A stretch of 63,931 nucleotides of DNA, the filler included, from Streblomastix strix (lineage: Eukaryota): assembly GCA_008636045.1 (NCBI GenBank). It is 3 parts of 3 records of this genome, joined end to end, with 100 filler letters (N's around TTAATTAATTAA, not from the genome) between each part and the next. Parts side by side here need not be neighbours in the genome. Positions count along the whole stretch, not along the records: positions 1 to 21,266 come from SNRW01000385.1; 2 more parts are not named here. The stretch is one strand, 5' to 3'. The position numbers and the translations under genes were made by a program. Positions 1-13,478 of the stretch are shown here, one piece after another. Position 1 is the first letter of the stretch. Every line of letters starts with the position of its first letter. Below the pieces are notes generated by a model that made no database searches, was not told where the DNA came from, and saw only the letters and a list, made by a program, of their open reading frames with translations.

Positions 1-1623
1 CTTCCAGACTCCAAATGTCTTATTCTGACCTTCATTGAATAACAGACTATGCCCCATTTGGATGGTGATGATGAAATGAAGGAAAGAGTTGATATTAATT
101 ATTTCTTTATTATCACATCTGCTAATTATTATTAATTTGGCTGAATTGTTGGATTTCGAATCATTGACATAAGATTGGATGTTTGTTATTGGAATTTTTG
201 AGGATGAAGATTATATGCTTATTATGCTTTATTAGCAAACATTCTTTTATTTTGTGTTTAATTCAATTATTCTTATTTGTTTGTTTCGGGATTTTATTAA
301 ATGTTATTATCAGTATTAATATTCATATTTGTATTATCAGAATTTGTATTTAATTATTTATTGTTATCCATATCAATGTTTTTTTATTATTATTTTCTTT
401 CTGTTTTTATCTTTTCAGGTGGAAATATGAATTCTTCATTTTCAATAACTCTTTCAAGACAGAATGCTTCCCCTAATGAGAAATGCCGAGTTATATTCAT
501 ATCTTTTTAATTATAGTATTGATTACCACTAATTGAGTTATTGTATTGATTTCCTTATATTAATCCATTTTCCAGCAAACTTATATTTTATCTGTTCTAA
601 TCAAAATGAATAATTCCAACTCCACGATCTCCATATTACAATGGATCTGAATATGCAGGAGAGACAACTCCATTAATATTATTACTAGTTATGAGTGACA
701 CAGCTGAACCAAATAATAAATGATCTGTTCGTGTTGGAGGTAAAGAAAGAAGCGTTATTTGCCATTTGTATTCATCTAATGACAATTTAAGTGGGTATGT
801 TTCTAGAGATTGTGGGATTGCGAAGTCTTCATCAAGTTGTGAGACCAATGATCGATGGATGGATGCAATTGGTGAAGTGGCAAAATCAGGCTGGGTTTGA
901 GAAATTAAATAAAATATGTTTAAGATAATTGGAAAAATTAATAAAATTTGATTAATACCGAAATAAACGTTTCAGAATTATGATGTTTCAAATATATTTG
1001 ATCTTTAGCCTCAATTGGTTATCCACTTTAAACGTTTTTGTTAATAGAAAGAATTTCCCATATAGAATCTAGATAAAAATAAAAGTAAAATGAGTTAATT
1101 TCAGCGTATAAGAGGATTACCTTCACTGTTGTTCATTTATTAAGTAGCAATGAATGGAATTAATTGACCTGTACGACGACTTGCGATTTATTTTTGCGCA
1201 CAGAGTAGAAATCCGTCTAAAATGCACTAAAAAAATAATATTATTAAGTTTAATATTTATATTAAGTGAAAAATAAGAAATATACTCTAAGACGCACTAG
1301 AGAGCCATAAGTCAGATATTTTCCAGATACACCATGAAATCCACTGAATTGATAAGCAGGGAAAAAAAATTAAAATTAAAACAAATTAATTGTGATGATA
1401 AGAAAATTAAATACATGTTTTGATCGTTAGATTAAGCGAGTTCAATAATCCAGAGTTGATATTTTCCACCAGAAATATCGGAGTGTTGACCTTCGTTGTA
1501 GACAGGTTAAAGTTTCAAATTAGGCGTTTTCTCGCTCGACAGCAACAAAGGCAATGTATGATTCTTTTTAAAAGTCGATATAGCAACAATAGAGTTAACC
1601 GGAATCCAGAGACTCGAACTCAT
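1..1623 (-). CDS. MIR/beta-trefoil repeat protein, 5' part (3' end runs off contig); possibly IP3R/RyR-like N-terminus
   Basis: With TAR=Q and 4 GT-AG introns: MSSSLWIPVNSIVAIST...QLWIIELA...GKYLTYGSLVRLRCILDGFLLC...DSIWEILS...SGQPIEAKDQIYLKHHNSETFIS...KWQITLLS...HLLFGSAVSLIT. The repeated W-x-I...G-x-x-V/I-x-L-R/K-H pattern is typical of MIR units. A Ser/Asn/Gln-rich stretch follows. ATG at 1623. Confidence 0.6.
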
Positions 1624-2286
1624 TGAGCGAGATTCTGAGTAATTTTGTTGCTATTTTTCAATTTTTATTTTAATAATGGATTTGCTTTAAATAAATATTT
1701 TTTGTTAATTTTAATTCAACAAAAATTTCTAAACTTAAATATGCATTTTATTAAAGTTTTAGACAATGAAACATGAAATAAAATTTTATTCTTTCTTCTC
1801 CAATATTTATATAATTCAAGCTTAGGAATATTTCTAATTGTTCTATTTGAGATAAACTATAACCGTTAATCCTTAATTATAAGCTGGAATATGACCATCC
1901 TATCCCTGTTGAAGAATTCGGATATAAAAGTATAAGTTTAAAGATTTTTAGAGCCTTAGGAACTCAAAAGACAACCGCACTCTATTAAATGGGAAGATTT
2001 TACTGTTTCTATAAAAATAATCTATGAATGTTGCACAAAAATTGTATTTATGTATTATTTACAAGGAGAAAAGAATTGATTTAAACTATATACAGATAAT
2101 CACAAAGGTATTAATTAAGAGATGTTAAAAACTCTGTGCCAAAAATAAAATATTAACATTATAGAAATAAAATGCACAATTTAAATCTCTGATAAAATAT
2201 ATTTATCAAATAACAACTTAAAAATATAATACATTGAGAATAAAATTAAATATATAAACAATGAAAAAAGTTATAGCTCATCATTT

Positions 2287-2823
2287 TCAATTATTATGAA
2301 AATATTGTAAATAAAAATATATATAGCTTTCATCATCCATCCACAACTACCAGTCCATAAGTAAAAGAATGACTACCTCTGACTCATTAATAGTTTTCAG
2401 ATCCATTCCGAAATATTAGGCCCACCACGAGTTGCAGTGCGGTTTATCACGTAGAAACTTCAGGCTTACTATGAACGTGCACACAAGTGTTGTTCCTAAA
2501 TTGCTTGCATCTATAGTTTTGTCCTTTTTCTCCTTGCTTTTGAGAAGAAGAACTTCCAGGTTTTGAAATGTGAAAACCATCTCTCCAAGTGTAAGTTGAG
2601 CATGTTTCCGTATAAATTATAAGAAGGTGCATACGTTATCAGTAGAAAATAAATTCTGCTAATCTTCAATATATGTATGTATCATGTTTGATAGAAAAGA
2701 TGACAAAATATTGATATGCTCGTCTGTAGGTATCTATCTTGTCTCTTATTTAAGAAAATGAGATGATGCAATTTTATTGATTAATTTATAGCTTGAAATC
2801 TCGACTATTTCCTATTTATTCAT
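2287..2823 (-). CDS. PHO80/Pcl-type (P/U-type) cyclin, intronless, 178 aa
   Basis: ATG 2823 to TGA 2287-2289, open with TAR=Q: ...FLQFIRKHAQLTLGEMVFTFQNLEVLL...LGTTLVCTFIVSLKFLRDKPHCNSWWAQYFGMDLKTINESEVVILLLMDWQLWM. This matches the PHO80-like cyclin box (K-F-x-x-D...N-x-x-W-A-x-x-x-G...N-x-x-E...L...D-W/F-x-L). Confidence 0.8.
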
Positions 2824-2978
2824 GGATGGCAGTTTTTTTCAAGTCCATAGTGTCATGAAAATTTTTGTTTTTCTCCAACAGACAACAATTTGATTGAATT
2901 GAATTATTTATTTCACTTATTATTAAATATAAATGAAATAATTAACATATGTTTATTTACGTTTATCAATATTTCATT

Positions 2979-5900
2979 TCACCATTTTAATTATTTTTCA
3001 AAAGGTGCTTTTCCTCCTTCTTGCTCTTGTATCTAAAAATATAAAAAAATTGTAATCATAGATTATAGAGTTTAAATCAATTATAAAGATTATTTTCTCA
3101 CCTGATGAAGACTTACAATTTCTGCAGATTATCCAGAATAATATCGGTGAACCTTCAAGATTTAATATTAATTTAAAATGAACAAATAATTTAAATAATT
3201 GATAAATAATACTTCTTAATATTATTTAAATTATTGAATATATAATAAAAAGTATGTTTCATACACAAAATTTGAACTTTGCAGGTATTCCAGAGAAAAA
3301 TACTGGTTGTTCTTTTCCTTTAACAAAGAATCTTTAAGTTTAATTAATTATTTAAAATAAGAATATAGAGCAAATGAAATTAAACAAAAAATAATTTTCT
3401 TTTATTTAATCATAAACTTTCTGATATTTAATTAACATTTATTATTTAATACCGAATAGTCCTTTAATCAGCTTCAGAATCCATAACTACTTCTGCTTTA
3501 ATAATGTCATGATTGTTATATTATTAGTTTACTAGTAATATTAAGTTATAATTAATTTTAAAAAATAAAACAATATATTTTACAATTAAAATTAATTTTA
3601 TATTTCAAACATAATTCGCTGTCTTCACAAACTGTGCCAGGATGAATAACAGCTCCACTAAATTAAAAATATAATTGTTCAAATTGGAAATAAATTTATC
3701 AATTTTAAAAATATTTTCAATTTAACAATAATTAATATTAATAATATCATTCAATATTATAAATTTTCATACTCTGCTCCATTATAACCAAGGCTATCTG
3801 TATTTTATTAACAAATACAACAATATTTATATTAAATTAATAAAAGAATATATAATAAAGCATGAATTATAAATTATTTAATATTTTTAATTATTTATTA
3901 AGTTAAACATACGAGAATCTTATGCTGGAAAATAAGACTCTGGAATTTAAAAATCACTTACAACTATTCCAAACTCTAATATAAGTAAAATTTCAATATT
4001 AAAACAAGAAAGAGATGAAAAAATGCTTTTTCTTTATATTTGTTATTATTAATAAAATTCTTTTTAATATTTTAAAACATTAATATTTATAAATCTTATT
4101 CTCAAACATCTACAAGCTCTATTCTTTGCATCTAAGAATCTGATTTCGCATTGAATTATTCCCATTCCAATACTTATCTACATAATTAAGAATAAAATAA
4201 ATGAATTAAATTTAAGTATAAAAACAAATTATATATTCACAAAAACAAAATTCAGTATATACTTCAGGCAAAATTGTAACAGTTGTGCTAATTTTGTCAT
4301 GAAGTGCAGTAATTATAAATGGATTCCTAGAATAAATATTAAAAAATACATAATGATATTAATGAATAAATATAATGCTATTATATTGCAAATTTATATC
4401 TATTCAAACTTTTTATCAATCTAAGCCAAATGAGGATGTGGAATTTCAAACCGAATTGGCCCAATAGTATCTGATTCTAAAGATTTGGATTATATTGCCT
4501 AAATAAAGTTAAATATTAATTGAAAATAATAATTTTATAAATGATTAGTATATACATTCCAATTAATTTAAATGAATTCATACTTATGTTGCAGGTCTTC
4601 TAGGAGTTTATTGTACTTCTTTTTTGCCTAAAATTTAAAAATCTAGAATGTTATTTGGTGCAGAATTTATGATCTTATCGATATATTCTCTGATATTGAA
4701 TATAATATATTAATTATATTTAATATTTATGTATTATTGTTATTTTAAAATAAAAAATAAAATTCATACGTTGATTATTCATCAGCTAAAAATAATCCAT
4801 GTTAAAGTAAATCATTACATTTTTTCACCATCCTTAGTTTAATCTAAATTTATGTTTTTATTTAAAAGAAAAATGATAAAAAATCAGAAAATGAATTTTA
4901 TATTAGTTTAACAATTTCTATTCTAACATACTTCTATTTCTTCCTTTAACTATGGAATTGATATGCGATTGTGGTGATCCTGTTTATAATTATAATAATA
5001 ATAATAGTAATTATAATAATAATAATAATAATACAATCATAATAATAATAATGACAATAATAATAATAATAATATTAATATTAATAATAAAATCAGGGTA
5101 ATTATAGAATATAATGAAACTAATTTCAAACCTTTATCAGCATTTAATGAATAATTTCCTGTAACTTTGTTGAGTAATAATTTGATATGTCTGGTTCTCT
5201 CTTATTGGTTACAATATTTATTATCGCTTTTTTAGTTTATCCTTATGAAGTGAAAAGATCCTTATGTGAATATAATTTTAAAGCATTATAGTACAGAAAA
5301 AATTATAGTGGAAAAATAAATAATTAATTACAGTAAAATGATTTTGATACTCCTATCAATAACTCATGCATTGTAATTCCAATTCCCCAGACATCCAATT
5401 TTTCATTTACCCTGGAAATATTAAAATAAGATAAGAATTAAATAAACATTAATTTTAAAAAATGAAATAATCGTTTATTTAAAATTTCTATATGATATGA
5501 AATATAATATAAAGATTTTAAAAACTTTTGTTCCAATAGCATCTCAGGACTCTAGTATTAACTGTAATTATATAAAAAAACAGTGAAATTTATTATTCTT
5601 TTTTAATTTTTTTAAAAAAATTTAAAATATACAGAGATTATATTTGCATATTATGGGATAGTTTCTATGCTTCATTAATTGCATGAGAAACAGCAAAATC
5701 TCCTATATTTATAATTATGAATTAAAATAACAAAATAAATAATAAAAATAATTACTAAATTTAGTATATATTAAACCTAATCGTATATCTTATGAAGATG
5801 TTAGGAAAATATTGCATGGCTTTATTTCTCTGTAAATATATTAAAAGAAAGAATTAATATATAAAATCAAATTATTTCAATATTTTAATATGTAAAATTT

Positions 5901-8900
5901 GATACCTGTGCAATATTTTATTCTAATGCATATAATCAACAGACAAGATCATCTATGAAAGCAAATCCCATGCACGCTGGAATTTAAATATAAATTAAAA
6001 ATTAAAAATGAATTAAATAATATAGTTAATTATATTTAACATACATCTTCATCAATCTCAGCACCTAAATTCTCAATATTCTGCATATAATCTTCCAGAG
6101 TTCCATTTTCACAATAATCTGCTAATATATTCATTGCATTGCTTTCTGTTTGGAAAATTTTAATGAATTCGATAAGAAATGGGGATTGAAGTGTTTTATG
6201 GATATTAAATCCATGCTTTATTGCTTGTTGTTCTTTTTTGTTTTTGAACTTAATTTGTTTTATGACATATTGAGTATTTTCATCTGGTTTCTGGACTAAA
6301 TAATTGCTGCTAATGTCATCTTAACCAAGCGGTTTAATAACTTTATCTGTTTTAATATAAAAAAAATATTGAATTTTTTTAATTAATTAGTAAGCATACA
6401 TTCGCCAATCATTAATCCAACTTATTATGTTTTAACTTTTGCTTATTTCACTTTCTTTTTGTTAACTTTTGACTAAACAACTTTTGGTTGAGGTTTTATC
6501 TGCTATACTGCTGGAGGCAATAATTATTACGATTGGCTTAATTACATTGGGTATATTTTCTGTGGACTTAATGGAATTGGATGAATTTAAAAAGGTGTTA
6601 TCGGCGATATTGATATTTACTGTTATTCGTTTAATAATAATGAACTTATTGGAGAACGAGGTCTCTACTCTTGTAGAAATGATTGAGTCATTGGCGAACG
6701 AGGTCGGATTGTGACTGACATTGGTTGTGGAAGTATCAGTTATTGTTGTTGCGCCATTTGAGCTGGAAATATTTTCAGAAGATTTTGTGAAGTGGATACA
6801 TTTTGTGGTGTAATTGTGTGACGAGGATTTAGTATAGGAGATGTGATGTCCTGGATTTAATAAATAAATAAATAAATAAAAATATACTTAAATAAATAAT
6901 ATATTAAATGTATGAATATATATACTTTTAAATGGGGAATTTAGAGGATCTGCTCAGGAGTTGGACGCTAATTAGGATTCTTAACACAAAATAACAAAAG
7001 ATGGAAAAATAATTTTTAAAAATAAAATATAAATTGTAATATAATTAAAATAATAAATAAATATAAATAATTTCATACCACATTCCGCATGTTTGCAACC
7101 AGAGTAATCAATTCTTTACTATATCTTCGAGTATCAATTTCAGCAGCAAGCTTTCCGCTTGTACATTACTGCATCATCTGCATTGGGTTTCCTGAAAGTG
7201 GTTGTTTCTATGTCAGAATCTCATGAATTATCAGAGCAACTGCATAAATGTCTGCTGGATAACTTTGTTAGCCAGTTGTAGCTAATTCTGGACTCAAATA
7301 TTATCTTAGAAAAAAAGTGATATAAAATAAGAACAATTAGATATATATTCAAATAAAGATTATTATTATTATTACTAAATAATGAATATATAAATCACAC
7401 TAATTATCGTTATTAGACTCATCGTCATCATCTTTCTCAGAATCAATATCCTTCACTGTTGCAAAGTCTGCGATTTTAGCTGTTCCATCAGCATCTAAAA
7501 GTATACTCGATGGCTTCAAATCTCTGAGCACTATCTGATTTGAATGCAAATATGCAACACCAGCAGTGATTCCTTTAAGGATCTTCCAGGCTTAATCTTC
7601 AGTAATATATTCACCTTTTCCCTTTAATCTTTCATAGTAGTGGTAAAGATCACCATTTAAGCAAAGTTCACTGATTACGATATAATGCAACTCATGCATA
7701 AAAGCTTCTATGAACTCTACAATGTTTGCGTGATGCAAACTGGCTAAGATCGCAAATTTCTTTTTGATCTTCTCTTCTTCTTTGAACGCTAGACATGGAT
7801 GTTTTTTCATAGCGAATATTAAACCATCTGATGTGCGTTTAACTCTTGATGTTGATCCGAAATTATCCTTTCCAAGCAAACCCAATATTTCATAAGCATC
7901 GAAATTATCTGGAGTCTCGATATACACTTTAGAACTAAATCCATGAAATTATTATCCGATATGTGATGGTTATTAATTTGAATTGTGAAGTGGCATCAAT
8001 GGAGCTAAAATATCCACAGACAAATTACCGCTCATTGCTCCTGAGAAATGATGAAATTAAACAGAATTGTTTCTGTCTGAAGATGATCCTGATTCATATT
8101 CCATTTGAAATGCGTTTCCTTTCTCATTACTTAAACTATTGATTTTAGTCTTATTGAGTTTTTTAATCTTATTCCAAATTAATACTTGTTATGAATATTT
8201 AAATTGTTTGCTTGGAGTTGGAGAGCTAATTTTCTCAAATGCTAAGATTTGAACTGTTGATTCTTTACAGAAACGTTGGCACTTTAAATATAAATATATA
8301 TATGTAGGTAATAATAAGAATTCAATTTTAAAATTTTTAATAAAATATTAAATTATATTTTTATATGCTTGTTCAAACGCAAAATTTCACTGACGCAGGA
8401 AGTCCTGACACAAAGTTTGGTTATTCCTCATTGTTTTTGAAGAAACGTAAAGTTCGTGGATTGCTTGTCATGTTCAGCTCCGCAGTAATTATATCATCGT
8501 CCTAATTTAATTATATTATTATAAAACAAATATTAGAAATAAATTAATATGAATTTATAAGAAAATAAAAAAAATAAATTAAATTATATTATATACAGAA
8601 AATGTTTTGTTTCCCTCTACAGTAAGACTGTTGCGAACAATATCTCCTCTGAAATAATTAAAAAAAATAAAAATAATTTTATTATTAAGTTCTATCAATC
8701 AATTCTTCAAACGATGATCCTACATATGCAACGCTTTCTGATTAAATATTTAATAATAAAATTTAATATTAAAATTAATAATAAAACTTATAAATATAAT
8801 TATTTATAAATTATATAATATGACACCTTTTCCTTTTCCTGGATAAAAGTCTCTTGTTGGAATGTAACTTGAATCTACAACTCCAAACCCTGAAATTAAA

Positions 8901-11900
8901 ATAACATAAAAATATTAAAGTTAAAAAAAATGTACAAAATTTCTATTATAAGTATATACATATACAAACACATTCAATCTAACATACATTAGAATCCCGT
9001 CTTCCCACCTTACCCAGGACCAAACATAACCTTCATCCTCGCGATTCCGTCTGAAATTTCAGGTTTTACAACAAACGACGCCTGTTTGTTATCAGACAAG
9101 CACTTCATAGTCAGAATTGGATTGTGTGTAACGTCCATTCGAGAACTTGTTCGCACAAATGGATTTGGTCCTGAGCGTTGAGATGCAACTGTTGGCGCAA
9201 TGACTTGGAAGAATTTGAACCTGTCCTCTATTTATATAGGTTGGATTGGGTGAATTGTAATATCTATGCGATCTTGAATTAAACATAGAAAATTTAGAAG
9301 TAGAAAATATAATAGAAAATAGTGGAATAATAATCATATATACAAATCTATAAATATTCCAAACTTTTTTCTTTCTCAAGTTAATCAGAATGAGATTTCT
9401 CAATTTCAATTACATCAGCGTCTTCATCTTCATCCTCGTCATTGTTCTCATCATCATTCAATGCCAATTCTGAAGAAAAAATGAATTAAATTAATATTTA
9501 AATGATTATATTTGATATTAAATGATTTATGAGTTAATTATTAATTTTAGAAAAATTATTTATTATTTACTATAATATAGATTAATAATAATATTATTGT
9601 ACCTGCCTCTTTCAAATGTTACAATGTACTTCGCCTATCCGGTTATTTGGCCAAAACGCGTATCAATTTCAATTCGTCTGGATGAATTTATTTTTCTTAT
9701 GACTTTGATGGTATCTTCTGAGGGAGGCCAAACATATATCTCATAATTGGATCTTGAATGTCAATCAAATTTGGGTGTTGCTTCTCAAAAATAGCGATTT
9801 TCTGGATATTGTAATAAAAGAATAAAATATTAGGGGGAAAATGTAAATTGGTAAAACTAATTAATAAAATATTATTTATTATGAAAATTAAAAATAGTTA
9901 TAAATTTAGTTATAAAACTTGTAGATATTTCTCATGAAGATCTTTTATTTTCGGTTATTCCATAAGTTGTTCTGCTGTCGGTCGATTTTTCGGATCCTAT
10001 TTTTATAAAAATACAGAATTAAAAATAAAAAATTAATTAAAATTCTTAAATACATATTTAAATAAAATATTTATGCAACTATATAAATACCTTCTCAAGC
10101 ATCTTTGAAACAATGAATTTAAGTCCTTTACTATATTTTGGAAGTGAAGGAAAAGGTGCCTAATAAAATAAAAATATTTAGAAATATAACCAATAATATT
10201 AGCAAATTTATAAAAATATCATTTAATTTTCATATTTCAAACATCATTATTGATCCTTTTCATCATATCCATTTTCGCAACACTTTTAAAAGGACTATAT
10301 CCATTCATTAACTAAAATAAAATAAAATAAATTTAATAAAATTAAGTATAAATTTTATATATGTAAATACCTCATAGATAATTGTGCCAATACCCCAAAT
10401 ATCACTTTATTTAGTTTGTTTCATCCCATTGATCACTTCTGGGCACATAAAGAACCTAAATGGAATTAATATTATCAAATTGAAAAATAAATTAAATACA
10501 AAGAAAATTAAAAGAAAATATAATATTTAAATAAATATACATTCCACTGTGAAGTGTTTATCTTAGTGTCTTTCCTGTTGCAACAACACGAGCCATTGCA
10601 AAATCACCTAAAAATCAAATTATTCAAATTATAAATCCTACAAATAAAAAATCCATACCGAGCCTAATATTGAAGTTATCATCGAAAAAAATGTTGGATG
10701 GTTTCAGATTTCTATGGATTATTTATCTCTCATGTAAACAATGTGCAGAAAAGACAATTTGCATTAATAGTTCCCATACTCGCTTATGTGAATAATATCA
10801 AATAATCCATAAAATAATTTAAGGTAGAAATAATTAATTTAAAAATTAAAAAAATAATTTCAAACTTCTTCTTTCATTGTTGCATAATTTTAATTCAGCA
10901 TCTTTCGAACATCATTATTGATCCTTTTCATCATATCCATTTTCGCAACACTTTTAAAAGGACTATATCCATTCATTAACTAAAATAAAATAAAATAAAT
11001 TTAATAAAATTAAGTATAAATTTTATATATGTAAATACCTCATAGATAATTGTGCCAATACCCCAAATATCACTTTATTTAGTTTGTTTCATCCCATTGA
11101 TCACTTCTGGGCACATAAAGAACCTAAATGGAATTAATATTATCAAATTGAAAAATAAATTAAATACAAAGAAAATTAAAAGAAAATATAATATTTAAAT
11201 AAATATACATTCCACTGTGAAGTGTTTATCTTAGTGTCTTTCCTGTTGCAACAACACGAGCCATTGCAAAATCACCTAAAAATCAAATTATTCAAATTAT
11301 AAATCCTACAAATAAAAAATCCATACCGAGCCTAATATTGAAGTTATCATCGAAAAAAATGTTGGATGGTTTCAGATTTCTATGGATTATTTATCTCTCA
11401 TGTAAACAATGTGCAGAAAAGACAATTTGCATTAATAGTTCCCATACTCGCTTATGTGAATAATATCAAATAATCCATAAAATAATTTAAGGTAGAAATA
11501 ATTAATTTAAAAATTAAAAAAATAATTTCAAACTTCTTCTTTCATTGTTGCATAATTTTAATTCAGCATCTTTCGAACATCAACACCAGAGCCATTTTTA
11601 TAAAAGTCGGTTACAAGGTAGATGTTTTCATCGATTTCAAAGGATTCAACAAAGTTAACAACTACAGGACAGTTCATTTTCTTATATAAATTTATTTCAC
11701 GATTAACATCAAGCTGTTACTGTTCAGATTAAATTTAAATCCATTTGACAGCATAATATTTGTCAGGTGCTTCACCGCGTTTTGTACACTTGTATGTAGT
11801 TCCAAGATCACCCTTTCCCAGCGAATCAATGCTTTTGTATTCGCCGATTATTTTCTGATGAGAGAATTTATTGATAGAAAATATTTAGAAAAATAATTAT

Positions 11901-12052
11901 AACAAAGAAGCAATTTATGTGCAAGAAATTGGAATTTTATTTAAAATTAATTAATAAGCGCTTAAAGCATTTATAATTTTTTTATTTATACTTTAAATAA
12001 TTGCAAATTAAAATATTAACAATTATTAAAGGTTTAAAACCTCAATTTACAT
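2979..12052 (-). CDS. Multidomain protein: NEK-like kinase 1 - SPRY - kinase 2 - S/T/Q-rich linker - kinase 3 - SPRY; many short exons
   Basis: K1 (~11850-9920): GKGDLG, YAVK, HRNLKPSN, DFA, CPE, DIWGIG, DPKNRP. SPRY1 (~9200-8380): WFGVVD...DDDIITAELNMTSNPRTLRFFKNNEEQ. K2 (~7930-6930): GKDNFG, FAMK, LRDLKPSS, DFA, LSPE, DIYAVA, NPNQRP. K3 (~6350-4930): YVIK, HREIKPCN, DFA, DVWGIG. SPRY2 (~4300-3000): QFGIVV...DIIKAEVVMD...FFVKGKEQ, ending EKQLKW-TGA at 2979-2981. The start (MQIE exon 12052-12041) is tentative. Confidence 0.75.
10240..11582. repeat. Tandem direct duplication, 668-bp unit x2, apparently identical including introns
   Basis: 10240-10907 is repeated at 10908-11575. AACATCA is present at all three junction positions (10240, 10908, 11576). 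No mismatches were seen by eye. Confidence 0.95.
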
Positions 12053-12705
12053 TCAGAGAGTTGGGGAAATTAAATTAAGTGCCTATTTACGTTCTGTTAT
12101 GTTATATTTCTGATATATTTCATGATAAATCAATGTTAAATTATTATATAAACCGAAATTTAATTTTAGTACCTTGAATATCAAATCTAATTTCACTAAA
12201 TATAAATCAAAATCAAAATTTAGAGATTTCTTTCAATTCATTCATTAAAATTTGTATTTATTTCAATATATATAGTTTAAATATTATCTTAGACATACGA
12301 TTGCAATTCGATATTGATCATACAATTATTTACTCAAAATATTAATATTTTTATTAAAACTCAAATCTTCATTATTATGATCGAATTAAACATTTATTCA
12401 TTTTTAATCGCATTTAATATGATTTGTATATTAATATTTAATCTATTTATCTTACTAAAATTACAATATATCAAGAATAATATGTTATATTTCTATATTA
12501 AAATAAGATATTTCATTTAAGAACTCTATAAATGTTATTTTTATTGTTTATTCTATAAAGTTATTCAAGATATTTCAATGTTTATTTCTTATTTATCTTT
12601 TTTTTACTCGTTTTATTTTTAATTATTATTTATTCTGTTTTCTAACACTAATTTATGTAACATTATTGATTTATAGAAATCTATATTAAATACACTAATA
12701 TTAAA

Positions 12706-13478
12706 ATGAGTAATAGTTAAAAAGGTATATTTATATTTTTAAAACGTATTTTAATTTATTTTTAAATAATTTATAAAATCTATTAGATTAATCAATGATT
12801 GATTACACTCTGACTATAATTTCATTTGCCAATTCATATGGGCGAAATAAGAAAATATCTATAAATAAACAAAAGCTTTATCAAATGTAATATTCCTAAT
12901 CAATAGTTTCTGATTCTCTTATTCACCTTTAAGAACTGATCAATAACAATAATAAGTCTCAAATAGTTATCAGACTCCCGAATCTTCTTCGTTCCTTGAT
13001 CAAACTATCCAATTATAAGCATAACATTCACAACAATTAGGAATAAGATTAACTAGCTCTTTAGATTAGAAATAGAAGCAGAACATGCCTTGGTTAATTT
13101 CAGTACTATGGAGATGAAAAGGCCTAAATTGATATAGTGAATGTTGGATATGCAAGAATATTGACAATGTCTTTTAGTACTTCAAGTGGAGCTGGAGAAT
13201 AATAAGATATGGAGATCTATAACAGATTAAATGATTTTTCTTATTAACTCAATACTCTTCATCGAGGAAGAAATGATCAATAACTAACATCATTCCCACC
13301 ATAACCTGCTCTTGTTAAAATTTCTGAAGAATAAATAGAAGAAGAGGGAGGCAATGAAGAATTAGATTCATAAGTTATTAATAGAGGATATTATGGTTAT
13401 ATTAATAGTTGTGTAAACAAAGCCAAAGAGCATTTATTGAAGTTTTATATTAACATGAGCAGTCTAAGACCATTTTGA
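12706..13478 (+). CDS. Hypothetical helical (ARM-like) protein of an expanded lineage-specific family with C-terminal 'EEQIEEEGGNEE' motif
   Basis: ATG 12706, one intron (~12725-12787), open with TAR=Q to TGA 13476-13478: ...LLRSLIKLSNYK...RSRTCLGQFQYYGDEKAQIDIVNVGYARILTMSFSTSSGAGEQQDMEIYNRL...LVKISEEQIEEEGGNEELDSQVINRGY. Confidence 0.75.

Noticed and set aside
1850..2027. Short plus-strand open frame (DKLQPLILNYKLEYDHPIPVEEFGY...)
   Set aside because: No convincing start, splice structure or recognisable motif. Short open frames are common when TGA is the only stop.
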